The translations under genes and the position numbers were made by a program. A stretch of 64,000 nt of DNA, taken from contig DYKG01000002.1 in assembly GCA_020722725.1 (NCBI GenBank), forward strand, positions 111,436 to 175,435, written 5' to 3'. This stretch comes from Candidatus Methylomirabilis sp. GTDB taxonomy: Bacteria > Muiribacteriota > Ozemobacteria > Ozemobacterales > Ozemobacteraceae. The notes beneath the pieces were generated by a model. The model did no database searches. It saw nothing but the letters and a program-made list of their open reading frames with translations, and was not told the origin of the DNA. Shown piece after piece: positions 29,657 through 39,256 of the stretch; within the stretch, counting starts at the first letter, position 1, and each line of letters starts with the position of its first letter.

Positions 29657-29662
29657 ATCTCC

Positions 29663-30385
29663 ATGAGTCAAACCAGCGAAGTCCTAGAAAGACACGTATT
29701 CATCAGCAGCAGAAAAGAACGTGAGATTTATTTGAGCGTTTTCGAAAAGATTTTTGCTTTTCCAGTGGCGAACATTGCAGTGCAATTCGTTGACCAGCCA
29801 GACGAGCACTATTCAACCATCAATGACCGCACAAAAAAAATTCTGCTTAACATTGCCAAGCCTGAAAAAATCACCTGCATCAGCGGTCAATTCGAAGATG
29901 GTGGCAGCTTTACCCTGCAGAACGGGAATCTGCATGTGTTAGTTCTTGAAGACGAGTATAATTATGAATTGCTCGAATCTCTAAAAAACTTCCTCAATCC
30001 AATTTTCCCCCTATGGATATTCAGAAATCCTTATATCTGGGGGGTTACCATATTCGAGCCCTATGAAAGACAGCATTTTTTCGATGTAAGGAATTTTTCA
30101 GCCAGGTCGCGCCTGCTTGAAGAGCCGGAAGTGGATATTTTTCGCCGGGATGACGGAATCATTCACAAGTATAGATTTTTCACCCGAGCCGATATTGAAG
30201 CAGAAGAAGGAATGAAATTTCTTGAACCATTTTTCAAAGAAATGCTTGAAGGACTGAAAAAACGTAATTATGAAGGCCTGGAAGTTCTTCACACCTACTG
30301 CACCGACAAGATTGCATTCAGAAGATTAGACCCAAGAACCAAGCTTGGGAAAGATATAAAATCAGTTTTAAGCCCTGACAAATAA
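29663..30385 (+). CDS. Hypothetical protein
   Basis: 240-aa ORF tightly packed in the operon; no recognisable motif. Confidence 0.7.
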   Translation: MSQTSEVLERHVFISSRKEREIYLSVFEKIFAFPVANIAVQFVDQPDEHYSTINDRTKKILLNIAKPEKITCISGQFEDGGSFTLQNGNLHVLVLEDEYNYELLESLKNFLNPIFPLWIFRNPYIWGVTIFEPYERQHFFDVRNFSARSRLLEEPEVDIFRRDDGIIHKYRFFTRADIEAEEGMKFLEPFFKEMLEGLKKRNYEGLEVLHTYCTDKIAFRRLDPRTKLGKDIKSVLSPDK

Positions 30386-30394
30386 GGAGTTTTA

Positions 30395-31144
30395 ATGGCT
30401 GAAGAGACCGCGTATCGCGAATCGTTGCTTGATGAAGTTATCGATGCATGTATCAAGCAGCTAAAGACAAGGCCTAACGAACACGCGAAACTGTTTTTCC
30501 TCGGTAATGCCTTCTTTTTAAAAAATCAATTTGACAAGGCTTCTTTCTGTTACGTTAAAGCGGTCAACCTTAACCCCAAAAACCCGGTTTACTACCTTCA
30601 TCTTGGCCACGCTTATCGAGAACTGGGTGACCGTGATCAGGCGGTTGCTTCTTATGAATCGGTATTGACACTCAACCCACGATTTGCCGACGCACATTTC
30701 AACGTTGGCCTGATTTTTTTTGAAAACAAAGCTCTTGAAAAAGCCATCGCAAGCTTTTCCAATGCTCTGGCGATCAATCCGCGTTATGCCGCGGCCAGGT
30801 ATTATGTTGGTCGCATCTATGAAGAACAGGGTGTATTCAGCAAGGCGATGCAGGAATACAGGCATGTGGTAGAAGATACCATGGGACAAAAGCTGGAGAA
30901 AGGCAGTGTAACCATTGATTTTGGGGCGGTTTTTTCTGATCTGGGACTTCTTGACCAGGCAGAGCGCGAATATCGAAAACTGATCAGAGAACACCCTGAA
31001 TATGCTGACCTGCACTTCCATCTGGGCATAATTCTAAAGAAAAAAGGCAGGCCCGATGAGGCCATGGAAGAATTCAGAGTCGCAATTCAGCTTAACCCTC
31101 ATTACATGGATGCCCGGCGCAACTATTGGGAATCGGCGCAATAA
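30395..31144 (+). CDS. TPR protein
   Basis: AGGAG RBS; several TPRs (P.FADAHFNVGL, PEYADLHFHLG). Confidence 0.88.
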   Translation: MAEETAYRESLLDEVIDACIKQLKTRPNEHAKLFFLGNAFFLKNQFDKASFCYVKAVNLNPKNPVYYLHLGHAYRELGDRDQAVASYESVLTLNPRFADAHFNVGLIFFENKALEKAIASFSNALAINPRYAAARYYVGRIYEEQGVFSKAMQEYRHVVEDTMGQKLEKGSVTIDFGAVFSDLGLLDQAEREYRKLIREHPEYADLHFHLGIILKKKGRPDEAMEEFRVAIQLNPHYMDARRNYWESAQ

Positions 31145-31214
31145 GCAAGCAAGTTTTTCTTTTTCTATGTTTTCAAAGCAGGCGTAATAAGTTACTATAT
31201 AGATTCAAACCGCC

Positions 31215-32903
31215 ATGTTTAAGAGAAAAAAAATCGGACAACTGCTGATCGAAGCAGGCCATATTGGTGAAAAAGAGCTGAACATCGGTCTTGCCGAGCA
31301 GAAGAAGCGCGGCAAACGTATCGGTCAGGTTCTTATTGAGCTGGGCTATCTTTCTGAAGACAAGCTTTTGCCTATTCTGGGCAAACAGCTGAAGGTGCCA
31401 TTCGTAGATTTGAGCAAGGTCGAGATCAAACCTGAAGTTCTCAAGATGGTTCCAGAAAAGATCTGCCGCAAACACAATCTGGTGCCAATCAATTTTGACG
31501 GCAAGAGCCTCATGATCGGCATGGCCGACCCTCTCGACGTTTTCATCATCGATGAAATACAGTTTCAGAACAACTGTGAAGTTGTAAGGGCTATCTGCTC
31601 AGAAAATCAGATCGCAGACTGCACCGACAAGCTTTATGTTGCCGGTGCCATGGCCGACGCACTCAGCGCACTTACATCAGGCAACGGAGACGGAGCGACA
31701 GATGGCGGAGCCCTTGATGGCCTGAAAAAGGCTTCTGAAGAAACGCCGATAATCAAGCTGGTAAATCTGATTCTGACCTCAGCGGTGCAAAAAGGTGCAT
31801 CAGATATTCACATCGAACCGGATGAAGGCGAGCTGAGAGTGAGATTACGCATAGATGGCAACCTGATTATTACCATGAACCTGCAGCCAGAAGCGTTGCC
31901 CTCGGTCATGTCGAGAATCAAGATTCTCAGCGGCATGGATATTTCTGAGCGCCGACTGCCGCAAGATGGCCGTATCCAGATGATCATCATGGACAAGCCC
32001 ATCGATTTCCGTGTAAACACCATTCCAACAGCCTGGGGCGAAAAGGCCTGCCTGCGAATTCTTGACAAATCGAATGTTAACGTTCAACTCGAACAGATGG
32101 GTTTTTCCCCATTAAACTTCAATATGATTCAGAAGGCAATCAATTCGCCAAACGGCATGTGTCTGGTTACCGGGCCGACCGGGTCGGGGAAAACAACCAC
32201 GCTTTATTCATGCCTTAATGCGATTAAAGGACCTGACATCAACATCTGTACAGTTGAGAACCCGGTCGAATATAAGCTCAAATACATCAATCAGGTTCAG
32301 GTAAGGCCTGAAATCGAATTGAACTTTTCAACGGTTCTACGTGCCTTTCTACGCCAGGACCCGGATGTCATCATGTTGGGTGAGATCCGCGATGAAGAAA
32401 CTGCGAGTATTGCGGTAGAAGCGGCATTGACCGGCCATCTGGTTTTCGCCACCCTGCATACGAACGATGCGCCGAGCACGGCGATTCGTCTGGTAGATAT
32501 GGGGGTAGAGCCATTCCTGGTTTCTTCTGCACTTTTATGCATCGTTTCGCAACGTCTGGCCCGGCGTGTCTGCAAGTTCTGCAAAGACGTCGACACCAGC
32601 ATTACACCGGAAATTATTGCAGATCTGGGCCTTCCCCCGGAATGTATAAATGAAACATATTATCGCGGAAAAGGCTGTGACAAATGCGCCAAAACCGGCT
32701 ACAAAGGTCGCGTTGGGGTTCATGAGGTAATGTATACCCACGAGAACCTCAGACGCATGATCATTCAGAAAGTTGGGCCAGATGATCTCAAGAACGAAGC
32801 TTTGAGACTTGGCATGAAAAGCTTGAAGGATGATATTGTTGCAAAATTCCAGCAAGGATTGACAACCCCCGAAGAAGTATTTGCGCTGGCGCGTTCTGAT
32901 TGA
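31215..32903 (+). CDS. pilB: Type IV pilus / T2SS assembly ATPase (PilB/GspE)
   Basis: N-terminal MshEN-like KKIGQLLIEAG; ASDIHIEP; ERRLPQDGR; Walker A GPTGSGKTT; LRQDPDVIMLGEIRD; TGHLVFATLHTND; tetracysteine motif. Confidence 0.95.
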   Translation: MFKRKKIGQLLIEAGHIGEKELNIGLAEQKKRGKRIGQVLIELGYLSEDKLLPILGKQLKVPFVDLSKVEIKPEVLKMVPEKICRKHNLVPINFDGKSLMIGMADPLDVFIIDEIQFQNNCEVVRAICSENQIADCTDKLYVAGAMADALSALTSGNGDGATDGGALDGLKKASEETPIIKLVNLILTSAVQKGASDIHIEPDEGELRVRLRIDGNLIITMNLQPEALPSVMSRIKILSGMDISERRLPQDGRIQMIIMDKPIDFRVNTIPTAWGEKACLRILDKSNVNVQLEQMGFSPLNFNMIQKAINSPNGMCLVTGPTGSGKTTTLYSCLNAIKGPDINICTVENPVEYKLKYINQVQVRPEIELNFSTVLRAFLRQDPDVIMLGEIRDEETASIAVEAALTGHLVFATLHTNDAPSTAIRLVDMGVEPFLVSSALLCIVSQRLARRVCKFCKDVDTSITPEIIADLGLPPECINETYYRGKGCDKCAKTGYKGRVGVHEVMYTHENLRRMIIQKVGPDDLKNEALRLGMKSLKDDIVAKFQQGLTTPEEVFALARSD

Positions 32904-32926
32904 TGTAATAAACAGGAGATTTTGCG

Positions 32927-34126
32927 ATGCCAAAATACGATTGTGAAGTTAAAGATTCTAAAGGTGATATAATCAAAACCGCTCTTGAGGCCCCTAACCT
33001 TCAGGAACTGGCAAATCGTCTTTCAGACAAGGGCTACTACCTGGTAAAAGCCAAAGAGGTAAAAGAAGGCGGTGGCTTCAGTTTTGGCGGTAGCGTTTCG
33101 AAAAAAGAAATGATGGTATTTACGGTTCAGCTTGCCACTCTGGTAGGCGCTGCGATTCCATTGGTGGAAGCAATAGGAATTCTGGCAGATCAGACGCAGA
33201 ATCAGTATTTCAAAAACATCTTGAATTCTATTGGAAAAGATCTCAATTCGGGGCAATCTTTTTCAGTTTCGATCAGAAAATTTCCCAGGATTTTCGACAA
33301 AATTTATTGCAATATGTGTGAAGCCGGCGAAGCCGGCGGTATGCTCGACCAGGTTCTCAACCGCCTGGCAGCCTTTGCTGAAGCCGACGCAGAGATTCGC
33401 GGCAAGATCAAAGGCGCACTCACCATGCCGGTAATTCAGCTGGCTCTGGCGGTTCTGGGGGTTGTGTTTCTTCTGGTAAAAATCTTCCCGAACTTTTCTA
33501 CAATGTTTAAGAAAATGAAAGTTGAGCTGCCCCAAATTACACAGGTAATGATGTTCGCTTCTGACACTCTATTGAATAATTACGTTATGGTCGGCCTTGG
33601 AACTCTTGGTTCGATTATCGGCTTTTATTTCTTTATTAAAACACCAATTGGCAGTCGAATAATCGCAATTATTTCGCTTAAGGGACCAATTATCGGCCCA
33701 TTAACCCAAAAAATTGCGGTCAGCCGCTTTTCCAGAACATTCTGTTCGTTGCTTGGCGCAGGTGTTCCGATCATGCAGGCGCTACAGATTACTTCTTCGG
33801 TTATGGGTAACCCTTTGATGGAAGAAATGATTTCTCAAATGTCCATTGGGGTTCAACAGGGCAACACTCTTGCGAGCACACTGGTAAAGGTTGACATTTT
33901 CCCACCAATGGTTAAAAAGATGATTGAAGTCGGAGAAAACACCGGTAATCTGGATGTTATGTTGACAAAAGCCGCCGACTTTTACGACCGCGAAGTGAAA
34001 GAAGCCCTCGATGGCCTTACTTCGGCAATCACCCCGCTACTGACAGTGGCCATGGGTATGGTAATCGGCACCATCGCCTTATCTGTTTTTATGCCTCTGT
34101 TTAAAATGACTGAGAGCATGAAGTAA
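32927..34126 (+). CDS. pilC: Type IV pilus / T2SS platform protein (PilC/GspF)
   Basis: QLATLVGAAIPL, AGEAGGMLDQVL, GVPIMQAL and VGENTGNLD.ML motifs; three TM segments. Confidence 0.95.
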   Translation: MPKYDCEVKDSKGDIIKTALEAPNLQELANRLSDKGYYLVKAKEVKEGGGFSFGGSVSKKEMMVFTVQLATLVGAAIPLVEAIGILADQTQNQYFKNILNSIGKDLNSGQSFSVSIRKFPRIFDKIYCNMCEAGEAGGMLDQVLNRLAAFAEADAEIRGKIKGALTMPVIQLALAVLGVVFLLVKIFPNFSTMFKKMKVELPQITQVMMFASDTLLNNYVMVGLGTLGSIIGFYFFIKTPIGSRIIAIISLKGPIIGPLTQKIAVSRFSRTFCSLLGAGVPIMQALQITSSVMGNPLMEEMISQMSIGVQQGNTLASTLVKVDIFPPMVKKMIEVGENTGNLDVMLTKAADFYDREVKEALDGLTSAITPLLTVAMGMVIGTIALSVFMPLFKMTESMK

Positions 34127-34127
34127 T

Positions 34128-34724
34128 TTGTCAAGCTCAGATTTGGAGTATTTTGAGTATCAGCGAAACCGAGGTTTTTTTCGAACCTTAGTAAGAAGTT
34201 TTTATTTAAGAAGAATTGCAAGTTACTCAGTGGGTATGTCGATTGATTATGGCTGCGGTACGGGCGAGCTTTTGCGCTACTTACCAAAAAACTCAATAGG
34301 TCTTGAGGTAAATATCAAGACGGTTGAATATTGCGAAAAAGAAGGTTTTAAAGTTTTTAAAATAGCTAAAACACTACCTTCAGAGACCCTCAAACCATTC
34401 ATCGGCAAACCGTTTAAAACAATCATTTTCAATCATATTCTGGAGCATATTCCAAAACCGGAATTGTTTCTGAACAATTTATTTGGCTTTCTTTCAGGCA
34501 CTGATTTTTCCAGATTGATTGTGGTTTCACCGGGAAAAAGAGGATTTTTCTCGGACAAAACGCATGAAGTTTTCATTGATAAAAACTGGTTTAAAATAAA
34601 CAACTTTTATTCATATCCAAATGTGAAGACAGTTAAAAGCTATCATTTTCCAATAAACTTTTTAAGCGCAGGTAATTTTTTCACTCACAATGAGTGGCAT
34701 CTAATTCTTGATTTGAAGAAGTAA
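34128..34724 (+). CDS. Class I SAM-dependent methyltransferase
   Basis: IDYGCGTG motif I and HILEHI motif; TTG start right after the pilC stop. Confidence 0.82.
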   Translation: MSSSDLEYFEYQRNRGFFRTLVRSFYLRRIASYSVGMSIDYGCGTGELLRYLPKNSIGLEVNIKTVEYCEKEGFKVFKIAKTLPSETLKPFIGKPFKTIIFNHILEHIPKPELFLNNLFGFLSGTDFSRLIVVSPGKRGFFSDKTHEVFIDKNWFKINNFYSYPNVKTVKSYHFPINFLSAGNFFTHNEWHLILDLKK

Positions 34725-34730
34725 AATGGT

Positions 34731-35756
34731 ATGGAACCAATCGTTTCAATTATAATTTTGAACTGGAATGGCTTTCAACACCTTAACGAATGTTTAACCA
34801 GCCTGAAAAAACAAACATTTAAAAATTTTGAATGTATCATGGTTGATAATGGTTCAACTGATGGGTCTTTAGATTATCTTGAAAAGAACCACCAATGGCT
34901 AAAATTAATCAAGCTGGAAAAAAACATAGGATTTTCTGCTGGAAATAATGTTGGCCTGAAAAATTCCTTGGGAAAGTATATCGTCACCCTTAACAACGAC
35001 ACGGCAGTTGATTCTAACTGGCTGCGAGAATTGGTCAAGATAGCCGAAAAAAATCCAAAAGCAGGAATGTTTGCATCCAGAATATGTTCATACCATGATA
35101 AAGACACTATCGACTCGCTTGGGATGCAGATTTGCCTTGACGGCATGTCCAGAGGAGCATTTCGGGGCAAAAAATATTCTATGCTGAAGCACGTCCCGTT
35201 TAAAATTTTATTGCCATCCGCCTGCGCAGCTCTTTATAAGAGAGAAATGCTTGATCAGACTGGCTTCTTTGATGAGAGTTTTTTTGCCTATTGCGAAGAC
35301 ACGGATCTGGGTCTAAGAGGTATAAGATTTGGCTGGGAGTCAGTTTTAGCCAAGGATGCAATAGTATTCCACAAATATTCATCAACGGCCGGGTCCTTCT
35401 CCCCATTTAAAATTTATCTGGTCGAAAGGAATCACTTCTGGTGTTCTGCCAAGAATTTGCCATTAATTCTCCTGATTTTATTACCTTTAACGACACTTTT
35501 CCGATATATTTTTCAAGCAATAATTTTATTGGGTGGTCATGGATCAGGAAATGAATTTAAGCAAAGCGATGCCCGTATAAAATGTTTTTTAGCCTTCTCT
35601 AAAGGGGTTTTTCATGGTATTTTTTATTCTTGGAAGAAAATTCTTAAAAGATTCGGCTATCTAAACGCTTGGAAAATCAAAGATGCTGAAATGACAAAAA
35701 AAATAATACGGCATAGGTTATCTTTTCCTAAACTTCTAGATTGCCAAGAGAAATGA
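34731..35756 (+). CDS. GT2 family glycosyltransferase
   Basis: SIIILNWNG, VDNGSTDGS, GFSAGNN, LNND and FFAYCEDTDL motifs. Confidence 0.92.
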   Translation: MEPIVSIIILNWNGFQHLNECLTSLKKQTFKNFECIMVDNGSTDGSLDYLEKNHQWLKLIKLEKNIGFSAGNNVGLKNSLGKYIVTLNNDTAVDSNWLRELVKIAEKNPKAGMFASRICSYHDKDTIDSLGMQICLDGMSRGAFRGKKYSMLKHVPFKILLPSACAALYKREMLDQTGFFDESFFAYCEDTDLGLRGIRFGWESVLAKDAIVFHKYSSTAGSFSPFKIYLVERNHFWCSAKNLPLILLILLPLTTLFRYIFQAIILLGGHGSGNEFKQSDARIKCFLAFSKGVFHGIFYSWKKILKRFGYLNAWKIKDAEMTKKIIRHRLSFPKLLDCQEK

Positions 35757-36472
35757 AACAGACAAAATCAGTCCTTTTGTTGATACCGTGCTTTAACGAG
35801 GAGTTGTCAATAGCAAACCTCCTCGAAGAAATAAAGGCTGCCTGCCCTGGCTATCAGGCTGTGGTAATTAATGATGGATCGAAAGACCAAACTTCTGCAG
35901 TGGTAAAAACCAAAGAAAATACAATTCTTCTCGATCTGCCAGTCAATCTTGGAGTTGGAGGAGCGGTTCAAACCGGCTTCAAATTTGCAAGAATGGTCAA
36001 TGCAGAATATGCAGTAAAAATAGACGGTGATGGACAACACTCCCCGAATTTCATTCCTCAAATGATAGAAACGCTATCTGAAAGAAAATCTGACATTGTT
36101 ATCGGCAGCAGATTCTTGAATTCAACCGGGTTCAAATCGTCAACTATTAGACGTTTCGGCATTTACTTTCTACAAAAGCTTTGTCTTGTTCTCACCGGAC
36201 GAAATATTAGTGATCCAACATCGGGTTTTCGAGCATATAATCGAACAGCAATAGAGTTCCTCGCTGATCATTACCCGTCTTTTGATTACCCAGAACCTGA
36301 AGAAATAATCCTTGCCAGCAAAAATGGGCTGGAGTTAAACGAGATTCCGGTAGAAATGCGAGAACGCCAGAAAGGTTCTTCAACGATATCCTCATCGGGG
36401 TCTGTCTATTACATGTTGAAAGTGACTTTAAGCATGCTGTTTATATTCATACGTAACCGGGAAAAAAGATGA
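35753..36472 (+). CDS. GT2 DPM1/PpgS-like polyprenol-phosphate glycosyltransferase
   Basis: IPCFNEE, INDGSKDQT, NLGVGGAVQTG, DGDGQH, IGSRF, DPTSGFRA and REr..G.S motifs; start taken at ATG 35753. Confidence 0.88.
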   Translation: MKQTKSVLLLIPCFNEELSIANLLEEIKAACPGYQAVVINDGSKDQTSAVVKTKENTILLDLPVNLGVGGAVQTGFKFARMVNAEYAVKIDGDGQHSPNFIPQMIETLSERKSDIVIGSRFLNSTGFKSSTIRRFGIYFLQKLCLVLTGRNISDPTSGFRAYNRTAIEFLADHYPSFDYPEPEEIILASKNGLELNEIPVEMRERQKGSSTISSSGSVYYMLKVTLSMLFIFIRNREKR

Positions 36473-36544
36473 GGATGGTTAACTTTTTTCCGAAAGAACA
36501 ACGCAGTCGTCCTCAATTTTTTTTCGATTAGCCAGAGGTAACCC

Positions 36545-36898
36545 TTGATTAATTCACTTGATAGAATTCAAATCATCTCAATTTTCAGCAGTATTTTATT
36601 TTTGTTTTTCATTCTGGAATTAATAAGAAAAAAACAATTAAAAGAAGCTTATGCCCTGCTTTGGATTATCTTCAGTTTTATTTTTCTATTTTTTTCATGC
36701 TGGAAAACGGGCATGGATTATTTTGCGGCAAGAGTGGGCATCTATTATCCGCCAGCTTTTCTATTTTTGATTTTGATTGTGGCGATAATAGCAATCCTGG
36801 TGCAGTTTTCGGTTCTAGTGTCTCTTCAGGGGGAAAAGATCAGAATTTTGACCCAGGAAATAACTTTGCTAAAAACAAAACTTGAATCAAAGAAATAG
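36545..36898 (+). CDS. DUF2304 family membrane protein
   Basis: LIRKKQLKEAYALLW, GIYYPP and IRILTQEI.L pattern; adjacent to a DPM-like GT2. Confidence 0.85.
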   Translation: MINSLDRIQIISIFSSILFLFFILELIRKKQLKEAYALLWIIFSFIFLFFSCWKTGMDYFAARVGIYYPPAFLFLILIVAIIAILVQFSVLVSLQGEKIRILTQEITLLKTKLESKK

Positions 36899-36899
36899 A

Positions 36900-39116
36900 T
36901 TATTCCAGCTCTTTGACCAGCAAAATTTTCCCATTCAGAACGTCTTTTTCCGTTACCAGACATTTCCCTTTTCGCTCTTTTCCGGAGCTTTTCCAGGAAA
37001 GTTTATAAAAATCGTCGGTAACAACTCTGCCGCTATTAAATTGATTTGAGTATGGAACAGTAAATTCAAAACGACCATTTTCATCAGAAATGACCTCTCT
37101 TTTGTATAAAACCAAGGTTTTATCAAATTGGCATCCCAAAGACAAATCGACTTTGCTGTACGGATCTGCTGACCCGGAAATTTTGGCTCCTGCCACAAAT
37201 TCGTAAACCATAAATTCGGGACCAGTAAACCGGTCAATCTGACTGGCAGAATAAACCATTCTAAGTCTTGATGCGGGGGATTCGAATTTTCCAGTTTTTT
37301 TAATCGCGCAGCAATCTGCAAGCCATGAAAAAAAAGTGTTTTCAAATTTCTTTTCCATAAATTTACTCTCATCAAAATCCGGAAAAAAAGAGTAAAAATC
37401 ATCTGGAACGTTTGCTCGCTCTTTATAAGCATACTGGTATCTGACAATATTCTCGGGAATATTTCTCTGGTCTGCCAGAAGATACCTTACGGAGTATTTA
37501 TTCAAAAAAGAATAGACTTCACTTTCAGATTCAGAAGTTAGAATTTGCGCCATTTTCTTGTATCCGATAATTGTATTGTTAACAAGTGTTGGCCTTTGAC
37601 CATAGAAGTTAATCCGGTTTCCCTCACCCCAGTAGCAGAAAAAACAGTATTCAGGACGGTTTGAATCAATATAGCCGCCGGTAATCGGAGTTTGTGTTCT
37701 AATCCACTCGTAAAGTTCAACCTGGTCTTTTGAAAAATGAAATCCGCGAATGAAATATGGGAAATTCAAGAGAAAATTCGTTAATAGAAGTGGAATCAAC
37801 AAAACAGCAGCTCTAATGTTCAGTAAATTACGATTGGGATTGCGTGAGACTATGGCCGCAAAAATGGAATAAATCGCAACGCCGGCAGCAAAATTGACCC
37901 CAGCCCCGAACCAGCGAAAAAATCTCAGACTATAAACGCTGAGAGTTAAAAACAAAAGACACCAGTCGCGAATAATTCTGGCTTCTCCATCGAAAATGCC
38001 CCTGGGAGAGGAAGTTAAAAACACCGGCCATAGAAACAGCAGGAGTCCCAGATATTTCATTGCATTGATCAGCCATGCCGGATTGATAATACTGTCAATA
38101 CTCATCAGTGGCTTTAATTCTGAAATAGACTGCATCAGCAAATCATTTTTACCGAAGAAAGCAATCCCCTGAGTAATCTGCTCATTAAAAATAAAAAAGA
38201 TCATCACTGGCAAGGCCAGGATTAACGGAATGATCTTTTTAACAAAAGTTAGATCGAATGAACCGGGGGGGGGAAAAGCCAGGGTCAACCTGACACATAA
38301 TGCACCAAGAAGAATGATAGAAGGCTGAAACCAGCCAAAAGAAGCCATACTAAAGCTATTGTTCCCTGAAGAAATCAAAAAAAGAAAAACGAGAAAAGAA
38401 GCGATTACCATGGAAGAATAGGAGTACTGTGCGAATCTTTCAAAAAAAGAACTTTTACCAAGCCAGAGAAAGAAAACATAAAGGCAGACAAAACCGTAAA
38501 ACAATGGAGTCCCGGACCAGGTAAGGATAAATGAGGCAGAAACCAGAGCCCCGACAACCAGCAGGGCTTTTTTACCTGCTTCGCAGAATTTCCATGAGGA
38601 AAAAATCCACAGCCAGATGAAAAAATTATTAAGAAAGTGGTAATCCACTCTCATAAACCACGAATTCATACCCGCAACAGCTCCAGGCACCATACAAGCA
38701 GAAATGACCAAGGTTAAGCCCTGGCTCTTCGTCTTTTTCCAGGTAAACCAGGCAAAAACACAGCAAATAAGCCAGCCAATTAAAGGGGGCAAAGCACCAA
38801 CGATGTATTCAGGAGCAACTGCGCTTTCTGGAAAAAGGTAGAAGAAAAAAAGTGATAAATGAACCATCAAGGCCATGTGCAATGGCGGATAAATTATGGG
38901 CAGCCTGCCTGGAAAGCTGCTATATTCATCAAAAGCCGGCTTTTCTCCTCTCAGCAGCGTTTGTTCAAAAAGTCTGAGAAAAAGCAATGAATCTGGGTCT
39001 TCGACCTGAAATCTACCAGGATTTTGGTTCTGGAAAAAAAAACTTGAAAAATACAGGGCAAGGCATGATATTAGAACAATACAGGTCACTAATTTAAATC
39101 CAGCATTTCTTACCAT
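36900..39116 (-). CDS. STT3/AglB/PglB-like oligosaccharyltransferase with a divergent WWD motif
   Basis: EDPDS loop, YPP, DYH (DxD/DHH-like), SISE, multiple TM helices, YWGEG..I..YGQRP in place of WWDxG, and an AglB-like C-terminal beta domain (GAKISG...SDENGRFEFTVPYS). Confidence 0.82.
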   Translation of the reverse strand: MVRNAGFKLVTCIVLISCLALYFSSFFFQNQNPGRFQVEDPDSLLFLRLFEQTLLRGEKPAFDEYSSFPGRLPIIYPPLHMALMVHLSLFFFYLFPESAVAPEYIVGALPPLIGWLICCVFAWFTWKKTKSQGLTLVISACMVPGAVAGMNSWFMRVDYHFLNNFFIWLWIFSSWKFCEAGKKALLVVGALVSASFILTWSGTPLFYGFVCLYVFFLWLGKSSFFERFAQYSYSSMVIASFLVFLFLISSGNNSFSMASFGWFQPSIILLGALCVRLTLAFPPPGSFDLTFVKKIIPLILALPVMIFFIFNEQITQGIAFFGKNDLLMQSISELKPLMSIDSIINPAWLINAMKYLGLLLFLWPVFLTSSPRGIFDGEARIIRDWCLLFLTLSVYSLRFFRWFGAGVNFAAGVAIYSIFAAIVSRNPNRNLLNIRAAVLLIPLLLTNFLLNFPYFIRGFHFSKDQVELYEWIRTQTPITGGYIDSNRPEYCFFCYWGEGNRINFYGQRPTLVNNTIIGYKKMAQILTSESESEVYSFLNKYSVRYLLADQRNIPENIVRYQYAYKERANVPDDFYSFFPDFDESKFMEKKFENTFFSWLADCCAIKKTGKFESPASRLRMVYSASQIDRFTGPEFMVYEFVAGAKISGSADPYSKVDLSLGCQFDKTLVLYKREVISDENGRFEFTVPYSNQFNSGRVVTDDFYKLSWKSSGKERKGKCLVTEKDVLNGKILLVKELE

Positions 39117-39194
39117 CGTGAGGACTCCTGATTAACTTCCAGGAAAAAATATAGCATATGGGCAGGAAATTAAAGAAATTTATTAATTTCAAAC

Positions 39195-39223
39195 TTGACA
39201 CTGCCGATAAGGGTACCTATATT
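39195..39223 (+). promoter_or_regulatory. Near-consensus sigma-70 promoter for the pilin gene
   Basis: TTGACA-17 bp-TATATT; GGAGG RBS at 39244 before ATG 39257. Confidence 0.7.
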
Positions 39224-39256
39224 GCCCATGCGACAATAAACATGGAGGGAAAACTT

